Shown in pieces: positions 29,426-39,544 of a stretch of DNA of 64,000 nucleotides. Numbering within the stretch: position 1 is the stretch's first letter; every line of letters begins with the position of its first letter. The notes beneath the pieces were generated by a model. That model worked only from the letters and a program-made list of their open reading frames with translations. It was not told where the DNA came from and did no database searches. This DNA is from a virus. The translations under genes were made by a program, and so were the position numbers. The stretch lies in the IMG/VR virus record IMGVR_UViG_3300046779_002349, positions 86,180 through 150,179 of that record. One strand, written 5' to 3'.

Positions 29426-30691
29426 TTACTTGCTCCCAAGTAAGTTATACCCTCCTGTCTTTTGTGCCAAGTCAAAATTTCTGTCTACGAAATCAATGAC
29501 TTCTTTAGGATCTATGTCTCTTGGAAAGATGATATTCGGGCCGTGATTATCCAACATGACCGCCTTCAAGTTTCCAAATTGTTTCAATCCGTCACTAGTC
29601 TGTTGCCCACATTGATGTGAACCACATTCTACCTCTCTCTGAGATTTGATGGGTATTTCATCTGGGTGATTATCCTTTAGAGGTGAATGAAAGTGGAGTA
29701 CACAATCATATCCAGTATGATCTCTAAAGATTATTCTCTGGCTTTGACCGCCCACACTAGGCTTTGCTCCATAAGCTAAAACAGTATCCGCAGAATCGCT
29801 TCTTACATATACTAACCCAACCTCAGCTAAATTGTTGAAATTGGATTTTCTAATAGATGTAAGGAATTCAGTATCGGAAAGCTTTACAGCAAAATGACCT
29901 ACTGTGGAATCTCCAAAGGGTTTATAAGCATCGTGTTTAATACAATGCTCAACGGCTGTTCTTAATGAATCAGGAACTCGTTCGTCGCTCCAAGGAACTG
30001 GACTACCTTCTACAACGGTGGAGCGAGTAAAGGTTAGTTGAGAACGGTAGAAAACCATATCAACTAAACCTCTCAGTACTTCATCCCTGTCGTTTGTTTC
30101 GTGATACGCAGCTTCTTCTGGTGTAACAATCATGTTCCACCGAGTTTTCGTATCATTCACTAAGACTAGGTTGCATGAGCTTTTCTTGCAAAGATACAGT
30201 CCTTTTTCATACATCTCTTGTTTAGAAGCTCCACATGTAGTTTTAAAAGCTACAAGAGTAATGTCCTTTCTCTCTTTACGGAATACATCAACTACTTTTT
30301 CCTTATTGGGAACAAGCTGTGCATCATATGTATTCGCTGAGTTTAGTCTTCCTGAGTACTTTGGATTCTCACCTTCCCTTAGTTCAGGAGCGTTTACTAC
30401 CATATTAAAATCACATACTGCAGGACACCAAATAACAATTTTTGTCATAGGGTCGGCTACAATATTTTCTGCTAATTTTTTGAGGTCTGTAGGACTTTGT
30501 AAATGATGTGCTCCTCCAGCCATGGACGTAAGGTGTAACTCTACATCCATTTTATCGAACCGCTCTTTACAGAACTGTTCTAGTTTTCTGGCTGTTGTAC
30601 CAAAAGCAGGAGCACAAAGACCAAGATGGCAGCTGCTATGGGCTACAGTTCCACCACCTACAATATGTATTTTTTTGTTATGATTGTTCAT
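29426..30691 (-). CDS. fusion of a CoaB/DFP-like domain and a class II aldolase/adducin-like domain
   Basis: N-terminal PAVCDF, LVAFKTT, LVLVND; C-terminal GHFAVK..FLTS, KPS, VLHFHSP, MLDNHG. Confidence 0.65.
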   Translation of the reverse strand: MNNHNKKIHIVGGGTVAHSSCHLGLCAPAFGTTARKLEQFCKERFDKMDVELHLTSMAGGAHHLQSPTDLKKLAENIVADPMTKIVIWCPAVCDFNMVVNAPELREGENPKYSGRLNSANTYDAQLVPNKEKVVDVFRKERKDITLVAFKTTCGASKQEMYEKGLYLCKKSSCNLVLVNDTKTRWNMIVTPEEAAYHETNDRDEVLRGLVDMVFYRSQLTFTRSTVVEGSPVPWSDERVPDSLRTAVEHCIKHDAYKPFGDSTVGHFAVKLSDTEFLTSIRKSNFNNLAEVGLVYVRSDSADTVLAYGAKPSVGGQSQRIIFRDHTGYDCVLHFHSPLKDNHPDEIPIKSQREVECGSHQCGQQTSDGLKQFGNLKAVMLDNHGPNIIFPRDIDPKEVIDFVDRNFDLAQKTGGYNLLGSK

Positions 30692-32394
30692 GATATTACA
30701 GTATAGTTTTACTTCTCTTGAATTGTATAGCGTTCAGTGAATGCCGTCATGGGAACATCGGCAGTTTCTTTTTTGCCATCCCATTTAAATCGAACTCTCA
30801 TAGTATTTGCGCTAAGGTTCAACTGAATAACCTCGGCTTCTACAAGAAAAAATTTAGTGTAGGAATCCATATTGGTTGCTTTTCCACTGGAATCATATTC
30901 AGGAATCCAGTCAGGATCACGTAACCGTAAGTTTACTTTAACTATTGGAAATTGCATATTGTTAAAAAATACCAGTGGGTAGTCCACCATTCATTTTATT
31001 TAATGTATGTTTTTCCTCAATAACAACAATTCTACGCTGTTCTTTTTCTTTGAGTTTATCAATATTATCCGCACGTTCTAAAGCTTTTTGTGCGGCTCGT
31101 CTCAATTGCTCTGCCGTAGCAAAACCAGCACTCATGCCAATATGCACTTCTTCGTTAGCTTCAAACTCGTCAACCACCTTGCCGTCACTACGCACAAGTT
31201 GAGTGTGAGGGTAAGGTGATGGTCTTTCCCGAAGCGCATAAAAATAGCCTTCGGCAAATTGCTTGTTTAAATTCTTTTTAAATGTAACCCAAGGCTCTTT
31301 ATACTCGGGATAATAAGATCTGATGCTGTATGTGTATTTGTTCATGTTATTCCTCTAAGATTCCAAGTTCAACAGTGTCACTAAGGTCATATAAAACTCG
31401 TAGCATTTTATCTGGTTTATACCATTCCACACCCTTATCAAACCGCATTCTATAATTTTCGTTTTTCATAATATCAGCGGGATGAGGGATTCGTTCTGCC
31501 AAGTCGTCGTGTTTTAGATAGCCAATAATTTTAACTTTTGGTTGATTGGAAACGATAACAGCATCTCTGATTTTCTCAATTGCTGTAGCTCGTGTCCAAT
31601 CTTTTGCTGGATCTTCTTTCAAGATTTCCAGCGCTCTATAATAGGCATCATCGTAGGAGGGAACATGCCCAGATAAAATGAAATCAATTATGTCTTTTAC
31701 TTCGTTAATTTTTAAAGTTTTCATTTTATATTTGTACTTCTGGGCATTCTTTCATCCCATTCGATTTGGATCTTGATTCTGTCTACATAATTGGACAGTC
31801 TAAATGCCATTACCGATCTACGTCTTTCTGCTGCTGTTTCTGGTGGAATGCCTACCGCAGTCAATAGTTCTATCATAGATTTTTTTGTAAGGGCTTCTAG
31901 CCCTACTTGATGATTCGCGGGTTCATACGTTTGGATATGGCTCTCTTCATTCATGATTGAAGTGTAATGTAGTTTTTAATCACTTAAATAAAGAGCTAGC
32001 GTAAAAAATGCGGAGGCTATAAATCCTACGACACAGACTCCAGTTAAACTACCCAGTGTTACAATAACTACTGCATCCATAAAGGTAGTTGGGATTTCTA
32101 TACCATAATTAACGCATCCTCCAGCCATTCCAAGCAAGGAAAGTATAGCGAAAATACCACTAACCATAATCAATTTTTTTATATGTTTGTTCATTGTTTT
32201 ATTTAAGTATCATTGTCTTTGTCTGATTATGTCCGCTAATGTGTCAGGCATATAAACATCACATGGGTAGAAATCAGCACTATTAACTGGCGGGGTTGTA
32301 ATTATAGTCATTAAAATTTTTAATAACTCTTCTTTACTTAGACTATTTAAATATTCTTCGGTTACGCCGCTATACGAGTCTTTTAAGGATTTAC

Positions 32395-32775
32395 TCATGC
32401 TTTTAATAATTCAGGATTTTCCATAATATTTCCGATGACTTCTCCATTAGCGCAAAGGCGAAAATGTTCTATTCTAGGGTGATGATATTTGTTGTAATAA
32501 GGACATACTGCCACCCATTGAAACGACTCAAATCTAATCTCAAATCTTAAATCATTCTGCCTCAAAATATCACCTTCAAAGATCATTTTTCCATTCTTGT
32601 CGGGCAGCCCAGTACACATTTCTATAACGAAACGGTCAGCTCCGCATACCTTTACAATATCTAAATTCAACTTGCTTACCATAACACCATCTTGTTTTTC
32701 CAGATGGTGCACACACGGTGTGTTATAAGTTTTCAACTCGCTATCCCAAACTCTAAATTTTAGATCTCTATTCAT
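32395..32775 (-). CDS. YopX-family protein
   Basis: LKFRVWD...TGLPDKNGKMIFEGDIL...EVIGNIMENPELL. Confidence 0.9.
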   Translation of the reverse strand: MNRDLKFRVWDSELKTYNTPCVHHLEKQDGVMVSKLNLDIVKVCGADRFVIEMCTGLPDKNGKMIFEGDILRQNDLRFEIRFESFQWVAVCPYYNKYHHPRIEHFRLCANGEVIGNIMENPELLKA

Positions 32776-33149
32776 ATATACAGACTAGTGTTTTCCATCA
32801 TGTTTCCAGCAACCTCGTATTGATCAAACCAATCCCCAGTGTTGCCGCCATTTTCTTTCGTGATTCTCCACATACCTTTATCTGTGTCCATATAGACCGC
32901 CCAATAGAGTGGACCGAAGCCAATATCATATTTGAGGATATCACCTTCAAATATTTTCTTTCCGTTTTTGTCATATAATCCCGTCCATTGCTCAAATACG
33001 CAATCAGACGCTTCTATATTTGGGTTGCTTGCCAGACTATTCAAAACACCTACATAGCGTAATCCTGTCGCTTCTGAATTATTATACTGTTTCAGATATG
33101 CTCCGATACTTTTGATCCATACTCGAAATTCTTTTTTCATAGTTGTCAT
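32772..33149 (-). CDS. YopX-family protein
   Basis: EFRVW...TGLYDKNGKKIFEGDIL...EVAGNMMEN. Confidence 0.9.
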   Translation of the reverse strand: MTTMKKEFRVWIKSIGAYLKQYNNSEATGLRYVGVLNSLASNPNIEASDCVFEQWTGLYDKNGKKIFEGDILKYDIGFGPLYWAVYMDTDKGMWRITKENGGNTGDWFDQYEVAGNMMENTSLYI

Positions 33150-33595
33150 ATTTCAGGGTTTTCCATAATGTTTCCGATAATTTTAGCGTAGGTCCAATAT
33201 TCTTTTCTCGTTGGAGTGTCGCTAAACCCATAAAGATCGTATGGACAATCGTCAGGATAATCCTTCTCAGTCCCTTTTGATAGGTTGAACGCCCCCTCCC
33301 AAAAAACAACTTCTCCGACTGACTTGATCTTTTTATTGAAATGCCACGGACACTCTAAAATATCGCCTTCAAATATTTTCTTTCCATTCTTGTCAAGAAG
33401 CCCAGTCCACAATTGAATAGTAAACTCAGAGTCATCTTTGTGTTTATGAAAATGTTTTCCGTCATTTGTGACATATTCGCATAGCTTACCAGTAAAAATA
33501 TCAATACTATAGTCGCTCCACAAATGAGTGCTTGTCACCTCGTTGTGCAACCAACTTCTTGTTCTGTGACACCATACTCTAAATTCTTTTTTCAT
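33146..33595 (-). CDS. YopX-family protein
   Basis: EFRVW...TGLLDKNGKKIFEGDIL...IIGNIMENPE. Confidence 0.9.
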   Translation of the reverse strand: MKKEFRVWCHRTRSWLHNEVTSTHLWSDYSIDIFTGKLCEYVTNDGKHFHKHKDDSEFTIQLWTGLLDKNGKKIFEGDILECPWHFNKKIKSVGEVVFWEGAFNLSKGTEKDYPDDCPYDLYGFSDTPTRKEYWTYAKIIGNIMENPEI

Positions 33596-33981
33596 TGTTG
33601 CTCGTTTGTTAGTAACTCAGGATTTTCCATAATGTTTCCGATGACTTCAATATCTTCTCCGCTCCAAACACCTCTGATGTCGTTCTTGCTTATCCAAGTT
33701 AAGAAGTTTCCGTCATCAAAAATAACTTTTCCTACGAAGTTTTCATTTTCGTAGTCATCACTATAGGCTCTGACAATATCTCCTTCAAAGATCTTCTGTC
33801 CATACTTGTCCGCTGCACCAGTCGAGCATTGAACAACTAGAGCATCGTCTGCAATACTAAATATACTTAACCCGCCAAGGTCTGTTGATTTTACGAGGGA
33901 ATATAAATAAATCAAGTCTGAAGGCTCGCTACTTAAAAATCGTCCTCGTGATTTGTCCCAAACTCTAAATTCTTTTTTCAT
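33592..33981 (-). CDS. YopX-family protein
   Basis: EFRVWD...DKYGQKIFEGDIV...EVIGNIMENPELL. Confidence 0.9.
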   Translation of the reverse strand: MKKEFRVWDKSRGRFLSSEPSDLIYLYSLVKSTDLGGLSIFSIADDALVVQCSTGAADKYGQKIFEGDIVRAYSDDYENENFVGKVIFDDGNFLTWISKNDIRGVWSGEDIEVIGNIMENPELLTNEQQ

Positions 33982-34854
33982 ATTATTTTTTTCCTTTTAC
34001 GTATGAGAGAATAAGTCCAATTCCATATGCTGTTGCTATGGTGAGTAAAGCTACCTCCATAGAAGTAAGTACTGCAAGTACCTTTCCTAATAGTACAATT
34101 CCGAAAAGTAATTTTGCGTCGTTATAAAGTTCGTCTTTCATTTTGTTTTGTCTGTAAATCGTATAACTTGTAATGCATATTCTGCGGCATCATGTCGGGA
34201 AGCAAATCCGCATACAGGACCATCTAACCCCATAGACACACTTGGCACGCATGCCCATTTATTTTGTGACAGTTTAAATATTTGCGCGATTAGAAAATTA
34301 TCTAAGTAAAAACAATGTCTATTTCCATTTACTTTAAATTTCCAATCTCTAATTTCGCCTTTATATTCTGAAAAATATTTTCCCATACCTATTTACTCTA
34401 TATTTTAATGTCGGTCCGCATTTTTATTTGATTGTTTATTTTGATTTATCGTACAATTTTCTAGATGCGTCAATCCATCTTTGTCTATACTTAGCGCTAT
34501 CTTTACCAAACATGCTGCCTTGATCTGTGCATCTACCCCATTTATTTTTTAGGATAAACGAACAGTAATAAGCCTCTTCTCCGATAGCTTCTGCGTCTAG
34601 TCTGATTTGTTCCATCTCCTGTGCAAACTCACGAATAATATCTTTCCATTTGATATGACATTCGAATCCGTAGCGTAGATTACACAGGTCTTTTAACCCA
34701 TTTGGGTACAGCTCTTTATCGAGTTTTTCTGGAGAGAAGTATTCTAATACCTCAGGACTGAGCTCTAGGAATATTTTTGGAAACTCCTGAGCTAAATCCA
34801 TCCATTCTTCATCTATGTTGTTTATATGAAATTCTATCATATGTAATAATTGGT

Positions 34855-35133
34855 TTATAACGTTAATTGAATAACCTCGTGATTCAATTTTCTTTTTCTT
34901 TCGCCAATAATAAATCCAGTACAATCTTCGTAGTAAACTAGGTTATCATCCGAGTCGAATTCTCTTCTGTACCAAGTCCCCTTTGAGTCTTCGTAGGATA
35001 CTATGTTGTCTAGCGTGCCATATCTTTTCTTGGTCCAGAATTGATCGTGATTTTCCCAGTAAACTTCTCTGCCTTTTTCATCATTAATAACATAAGGAAA
35101 TTCTGTAATTCCATTTTGCTGTGCTAGTGTCAT
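34855..35133 (-). CDS. solitary divergent MTLAQQN-family protein with C-terminal tag (start set at 35133)
   Basis: 92 aa from MTLAQQNGITEFPY; ends LNHEVIQLTL. Confidence 0.85.
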   Translation of the reverse strand: MTLAQQNGITEFPYVINDEKGREVYWENHDQFWTKKRYGTLDNIVSYEDSKGTWYRREFDSDDNLVYYEDCTGFIIGERKRKLNHEVIQLTL

Positions 35134-35687
35134 GACAGTATTTTTAAAATGCTCGTAGGCTGATACCATCGAGAGGGGTTTTAACAAAACTAAATTCATG
35201 CCCATTTCGCATTAACTGGTTAATCATCTGTAATGCTAGGCTTTTAAACTCTGCGCTCGGGATAGAGTATATGGTCAGGTTGTCCCCAAAAGAAATCCCA
35301 TACGCATCGAAATCATGAACTCCGTCTCTATTTTCTCCTCCGAATGTAATTGTTGTAGTAGAATTAGCATTCCAATGAAAGGTGTGGGCCTCTTCTTCTT
35401 TATCGTAATAGTATTCCATATTATTGGGTAATGTATTTATTTGTTTATAGAGTCCATCAAGTTTTCCATCTCTTTCTTAAAATCAAATAAAACCTCAATG
35501 ACTTCTAAATCATCTTTAGCCCACCAACTTACATTGTTAGCAATAACGTTTTTGAGTTTAATATGTTTCTCCGCTACATCTAATACTTCCATCTCTAGGA
35601 TCGTGTTATACCTCGATATAGGTTTGGGTGTAGCAAGAAACCTAGTTCCTACTAAGAATTTGTGAATATTTTTTTTCATTTGTGTGT

Positions 35688-36209
35688 TTACTTGATACCG
35701 AAGTACTGTTTCGCTTGATCAAGCGTCACGAAAACGTTTCCGTACTTAGGGTACGTAACGTCGACACATGTATTTAAATATCTTTTATCCACGCTTTTAA
35801 AACCAAAAATATTTTTCTTTTTAATCGTGTGTAAGTGTACGTGACCGTGGATATTTGGTTTTCCTCTTAGCTCGTCAGGATGGATCGGAGCATGGGATAG
35901 CCACATACCTTTGTATTTAATAATACCGTGGATCTCAGCAAACACATCTGCCTGAAGTTTCGTTGGGACATAGTCGTCGTGGTTTCCTTTGATAAGGATT
36001 TTTTTACCTGGTAGATTGCCAATACGCAACAATGCTTCTTCACTGAAAGCACAATCTCCCATTACATAAACAATACCTCTTTTATGGATTGTAGTTTTCC
36101 AGCACTCTTCGATTAACTGTGTATTATGTTCTGTTGAGGTTACAAATGGTCTGAACTTTGCGATGTTTTTACAATCCAGATGCGGGTCCCCGATAAAGAA
36201 TACGCTCAT
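35688..36209 (-). CDS. calcineurin-like metallophosphoesterase
   Basis: GDPH, GD, GNHD, SHAP and HGHVH motifs. Confidence 0.9.
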   Translation of the reverse strand: MSVFFIGDPHLDCKNIAKFRPFVTSTEHNTQLIEECWKTTIHKRGIVYVMGDCAFSEEALLRIGNLPGKKILIKGNHDDYVPTKLQADVFAEIHGIIKYKGMWLSHAPIHPDELRGKPNIHGHVHLHTIKKKNIFGFKSVDKRYLNTCVDVTYPKYGNVFVTLDQAKQYFGIK

Positions 36210-36750
36210 TTTATTTTTAGTTTAAGTAGTTCTACTTGATAGTAATCTAGGGTGATACGATGCTCTCCGTCTTCAAACTCATGGAAATAGAATTCTCCTG
36301 TTCTTGGGTTCTCTAAAAAAGAGTTGCTGAACTTCCAAGGATTTCCGGTTGCTTTATTGATTCCGTTGTTCCACAAAGCTTTAGCTTTTTGCAGCTCGTA
36401 GAACCTAAGTGCCACGAATAGAATACATACAATTACTAGTGGTATAAGGAATACAATGCCTATGATTTTCAATGTCAGTGCCATACAAGGATATTTGTCT
36501 TGTGAAGTGTAATTAATGTGGCTAAGATAAAACCTATTGCTTGCCAAGCCCAGAAGCTTTTGTGGTTTAAAGATGGGCTATCATAGTGTTTGTCTAAACA
36601 CTCAACGTAAATTGCCAGGCTAACTAAAAAGCATAAAATGTACACAGCGATAAAAGGTATGTAGTGTGAGACTTGTATTTCCATAAGGTCTGGGAAGAGT
36701 TTGTTTTATTTTTTAGGATATGTCAATTTTTGGTTTAAAAAAAAAATATA

Positions 36751-36780
36751 AAGAGAGGGAGATTTTACTCTCCCTCTCTT
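36751..36780 (-). terminator. probable intrinsic terminator
   Basis: AAGAGAGGGAGA/TCTCCCTCTCTT hairpin with a T-run nearby. Confidence 0.7.
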
Positions 36781-36788
36781 TAATTACT

Positions 36789-37871
36789 TTAAGCGATCTC
36801 TGTGATGATGAGATCCCTTCCACGGAATCTCTCCTTAAGTGCAGTGACTAAGCTTTGTCCTGCTTCTGGAGACACGCCCTCAAAGTGGAGTACTCCCGTT
36901 GTTTGGTTCACCATGGACAAGTATGGCGCGGACGAAAGATTAGGGAACAGGCAAGCCATGTCATAAACCTCATACTGAGATTTATGCCACCACTCATACT
37001 GCGGACCCTGGTAGTTTTTGTAGCTATCTACAAGAGTCCCTTTTTCTTTGAACCTTTCAATACCTACCTTGCGGACGAATTCCGCTTTTACATCGGCGTT
37101 AGTAATGTTCGTGTACTTATCTAGATCAAGCTGCTCTTCTGGGGTCATGACAAGCCACTCAGGTACTGTTACTCCGTTGAGAGCAAAGATTCGGATATTT
37201 CCTCTCCCCGCATACTCAAAAGCTGGACCGTTCTCGCAATGAGGAAGCCCCATGTGCGCACCGTTTGGTCCTTCCCCTGGCTCACCCAACTTCATTACGG
37301 TCGGCTTCTGAGATACAATGGTATACTCAGGCAATGGGTAAACACAACCGAGTTCTGCAGTAGCAGCCCACTTGTTGTACTTCTCCATCATGTCCTCTGG
37401 GATTACCACCTTCAGGTAATTGAAGGCGTAGTCGTAGAACGCAAATGAGCTGGCATAAAATGACCCACACTGCCATGGAAGTCGGGTGTTCGGAATTTTA
37501 AGTCGGTCGGGATTTCCATTAAATACCTTGTCCAAGCCTTCTTCAATTGCCGCTTGATCAATAGGGTAGTTGTAATGGGTGATTAGATGGCAGGCAATCC
37601 AGGCTTCTACTGGATTGTCAACGATCAGTGTTGGTGTATTCGGATCGAGCTCGATAACCTCTCTAAACCCCTTCACAATCTCTTTGGTTCGAGCTGGGTC
37701 GAGTCTATCATTGTTACATCCAATTGCTGTCCATTTTGCAATATAGACATCTGCCATTTTAATTTGCTCTTCTGTGAGCTCGTCTGGTTTTACTTGTTCT
37801 GCTACTTGTTTAATTTGATTAATAGCCTCACTTTGCGGCTCTTGCATGTTGCTTGTGATTTCGTTTTCCAT
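36789..37871 (-). CDS. DUF6745-like protein
   Basis: LPHCENGPAFEY...IFALNGVTVPEWLV...ITNADVKAEFVRKVGIERF...YLSMVNQTTG..HFEGV. Confidence 0.7.
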   Translation of the reverse strand: MENEITSNMQEPQSEAINQIKQVAEQVKPDELTEEQIKMADVYIAKWTAIGCNNDRLDPARTKEIVKGFREVIELDPNTPTLIVDNPVEAWIACHLITHYNYPIDQAAIEEGLDKVFNGNPDRLKIPNTRLPWQCGSFYASSFAFYDYAFNYLKVVIPEDMMEKYNKWAATAELGCVYPLPEYTIVSQKPTVMKLGEPGEGPNGAHMGLPHCENGPAFEYAGRGNIRIFALNGVTVPEWLVMTPEEQLDLDKYTNITNADVKAEFVRKVGIERFKEKGTLVDSYKNYQGPQYEWWHKSQYEVYDMACLFPNLSSAPYLSMVNQTTGVLHFEGVSPEAGQSLVTALKERFRGRDLIITEIA

Positions 37872-37886
37872 ACGGTTAGTTAAATA

Positions 37887-37948
37887 GGCATGATTGCCAT
37901 ACGCTTGTGCGTTTCGGATTATATGCCGGTAATCCTCATCAGTGGCAA
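37887..37948 (-). ncRNA. type I hammerhead ribozyme
   Basis: TTGCCA-CTGATGA-GGATTA(CCGGCATA)TAATCC-GAA-ACGC(ACAA)GCGT-A/TGGCAA; the full core is present, and loop II GGCAT can pair with the 3' ATGCC. Confidence 0.9.
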
Positions 37949-37957
37949 GTTATAAAT

Positions 37958-37991
37958 AAAAAGAAAGAGCCACTTTTACGTGGCTCTTTCT
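37958..37991 (-). terminator. intrinsic terminator
   Basis: AGAAAGAGCCAC/GTGGCTCTTTCT hairpin plus T-run. Confidence 0.8.
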
Positions 37992-37997
37992 GTGACT

Positions 37998-38183
37998 TTA
38001 TTTTAGGCACCAACCGATGATTGCGCCTAAAATTAGTGCGACTAGAACATATATTGCTATGTTCCAAATGAACACAACCAAACCCCATACAGCCCCGCCA
38101 ATGAAGGCGAATGCCGAAATGAGGGTATAAATAGTAATGATCGTAAGGAAGCCGATTAGTACGTGCTTAATAAATTTTACCAT
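37998..38183 (-). CDS. small two-TM membrane protein (probable start 38183)
   Basis: Highly hydrophobic; ATG lies 6 nt after TATAAT. Confidence 0.65.
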   Translation of the reverse strand: MVKFIKHVLIGFLTIITIYTLISAFAFIGGAVWGLVVFIWNIAIYVLVALILGAIIGWCLK

Positions 38184-38189
38184 AACAAT

Positions 38190-38219
38190 ATTATATAACA
38201 CAAGCACCCCTATTTTTGC
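38190..38219 (-). promoter_or_regulatory. conserved phage promoter motif, copy 3
   Basis: GCAAAAATAG-GGGTG-CTTGTGTTA-TATAAT. Confidence 0.75.
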
Positions 38220-38297
38220 CGTTATTTTTTATGTATAAAATAAAAAAAAAGAAGCCGAAATTAATCGACTTCTTTTAGTGTTGAATTTATTAAACTG

Positions 38298-39044
38298 TTA
38301 ACCTTTATACCCTGCTTGCAATTGCTGCATCTTCTGCTTGTCTACACGACTCTTAGGATCGAAAGCGGAGCCGTGTTGCTTACGGAAGATTGCGTTAAAA
38401 TCAGGTGCTGGTTTAGCTGGGGTTGCTGGTCTGCTGGCAGGCATGGTTGGTGCTTTTCCTGCTGGGGCTGGAGCAGGAGGGCCTACTTGTGCAGGAGGTT
38501 GTGGGCTTACTGGAGTAGCTTTAGGGATTGTGGGGTTAGCTCCGTAATCTTTTCTTACTTTGTCCGCAAAAGCTCGCTGGTTAGTTTTAGCCTGCATAGC
38601 TCTCGTATAGGCGGGAGACGCTTGTTCGGCTGCATTATTTTGTGCATCCATGCGGTTATCGGCGGCGGAGCCTGGCAGTAAAGAACCTAAATAATTAGTA
38701 GCCTTGGAGTACGAGTTTGCTCCACTTTCTAGAGCGTTGTTATACATTTGACCAATGTTATTAAAAATACCACCTACACCAGAAGTTTCTGCATTATATG
38801 GGGTTTCAGCGTAACCTGGGGTCGTACCTGTAATGGGTCCGTGTTGTGCTTCGTACTGTGGTCTTTTACCTGCGGTTGAAATGCGATTAATATACCGCTG
38901 GCTTGGTTGAGCTGCTTGTTCTAGTATGTTGTCTAGATTTTGATCTCCTGTACCTCCTGGAATTTCTGCAGGGGCTGGTACGGATAGTGCCTGTTTTACG
39001 ATTTCGCTAATTGTGGCGGATTTGATTATATTTAGATGTTTCAT
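38298..39044 (-). CDS. KxA-leader Pro/Ala-rich protein
   Basis: MKHLNIIKSATISEIVKQA; PA-rich linker; C-terminal FRKQHGSAFDPKSRVDK segment. Confidence 0.65.
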   Translation of the reverse strand: MKHLNIIKSATISEIVKQALSVPAPAEIPGGTGDQNLDNILEQAAQPSQRYINRISTAGKRPQYEAQHGPITGTTPGYAETPYNAETSGVGGIFNNIGQMYNNALESGANSYSKATNYLGSLLPGSAADNRMDAQNNAAEQASPAYTRAMQAKTNQRAFADKVRKDYGANPTIPKATPVSPQPPAQVGPPAPAPAGKAPTMPASRPATPAKPAPDFNAIFRKQHGSAFDPKSRVDKQKMQQLQAGYKG

Positions 39045-39100
39045 ATTTAAAGTTAACTAATTATACTATTTTTTGTTTTTGTTATCAAATTCTTAATTTA

Positions 39101-39544
39101 TCAATAATATTTTTTATTACCCATACCATCCATCCCGTAATACTGCAGCCCTTGCCCTGGAGAGTCCCACCATTCTTTTAGAGCCATTGCATTAGAAGGA
39201 CCTATTGCAGAGATGGCGTAGCGTTGCCAAGAGGGTAGGTTTTCCCATTCTTGCCCAACTCTATTTTGAGCTAAATTGTAAGCATCGGCATATGCTTTCT
39301 GAGCTATATGGTCTTCTACTTCAGATTTAGATCCTACGTATGCTAATGCAGGCATAGCAGCTGTACCCGCTAGTCCGATACCGTATCTAGCCGTGCCAGG
39401 AAGTTTGTTCCATTGTTTAGTTACTGGCGCTGTAGCTTTGCCCCAAGCGTTACCAATAGCCGAAGTAATAGCCGACAAACCTTTAGCTTTATTTGCCTGC
39501 TTCGTCATGGAATAACTAATTAATATAGAGGAAGATTTTTGCAT
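39101..39544 (-). CDS. KxA-leader protein with a hydrophobic helix
   Basis: ILISYSMTKQA; GIGLAGTAAMPALAYVG. Confidence 0.6.
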   Translation of the reverse strand: MQKSSSILISYSMTKQANKAKGLSAITSAIGNAWGKATAPVTKQWNKLPGTARYGIGLAGTAAMPALAYVGSKSEVEDHIAQKAYADAYNLAQNRVGQEWENLPSWQRYAISAIGPSNAMALKEWWDSPGQGLQYYGMDGMGNKKYY

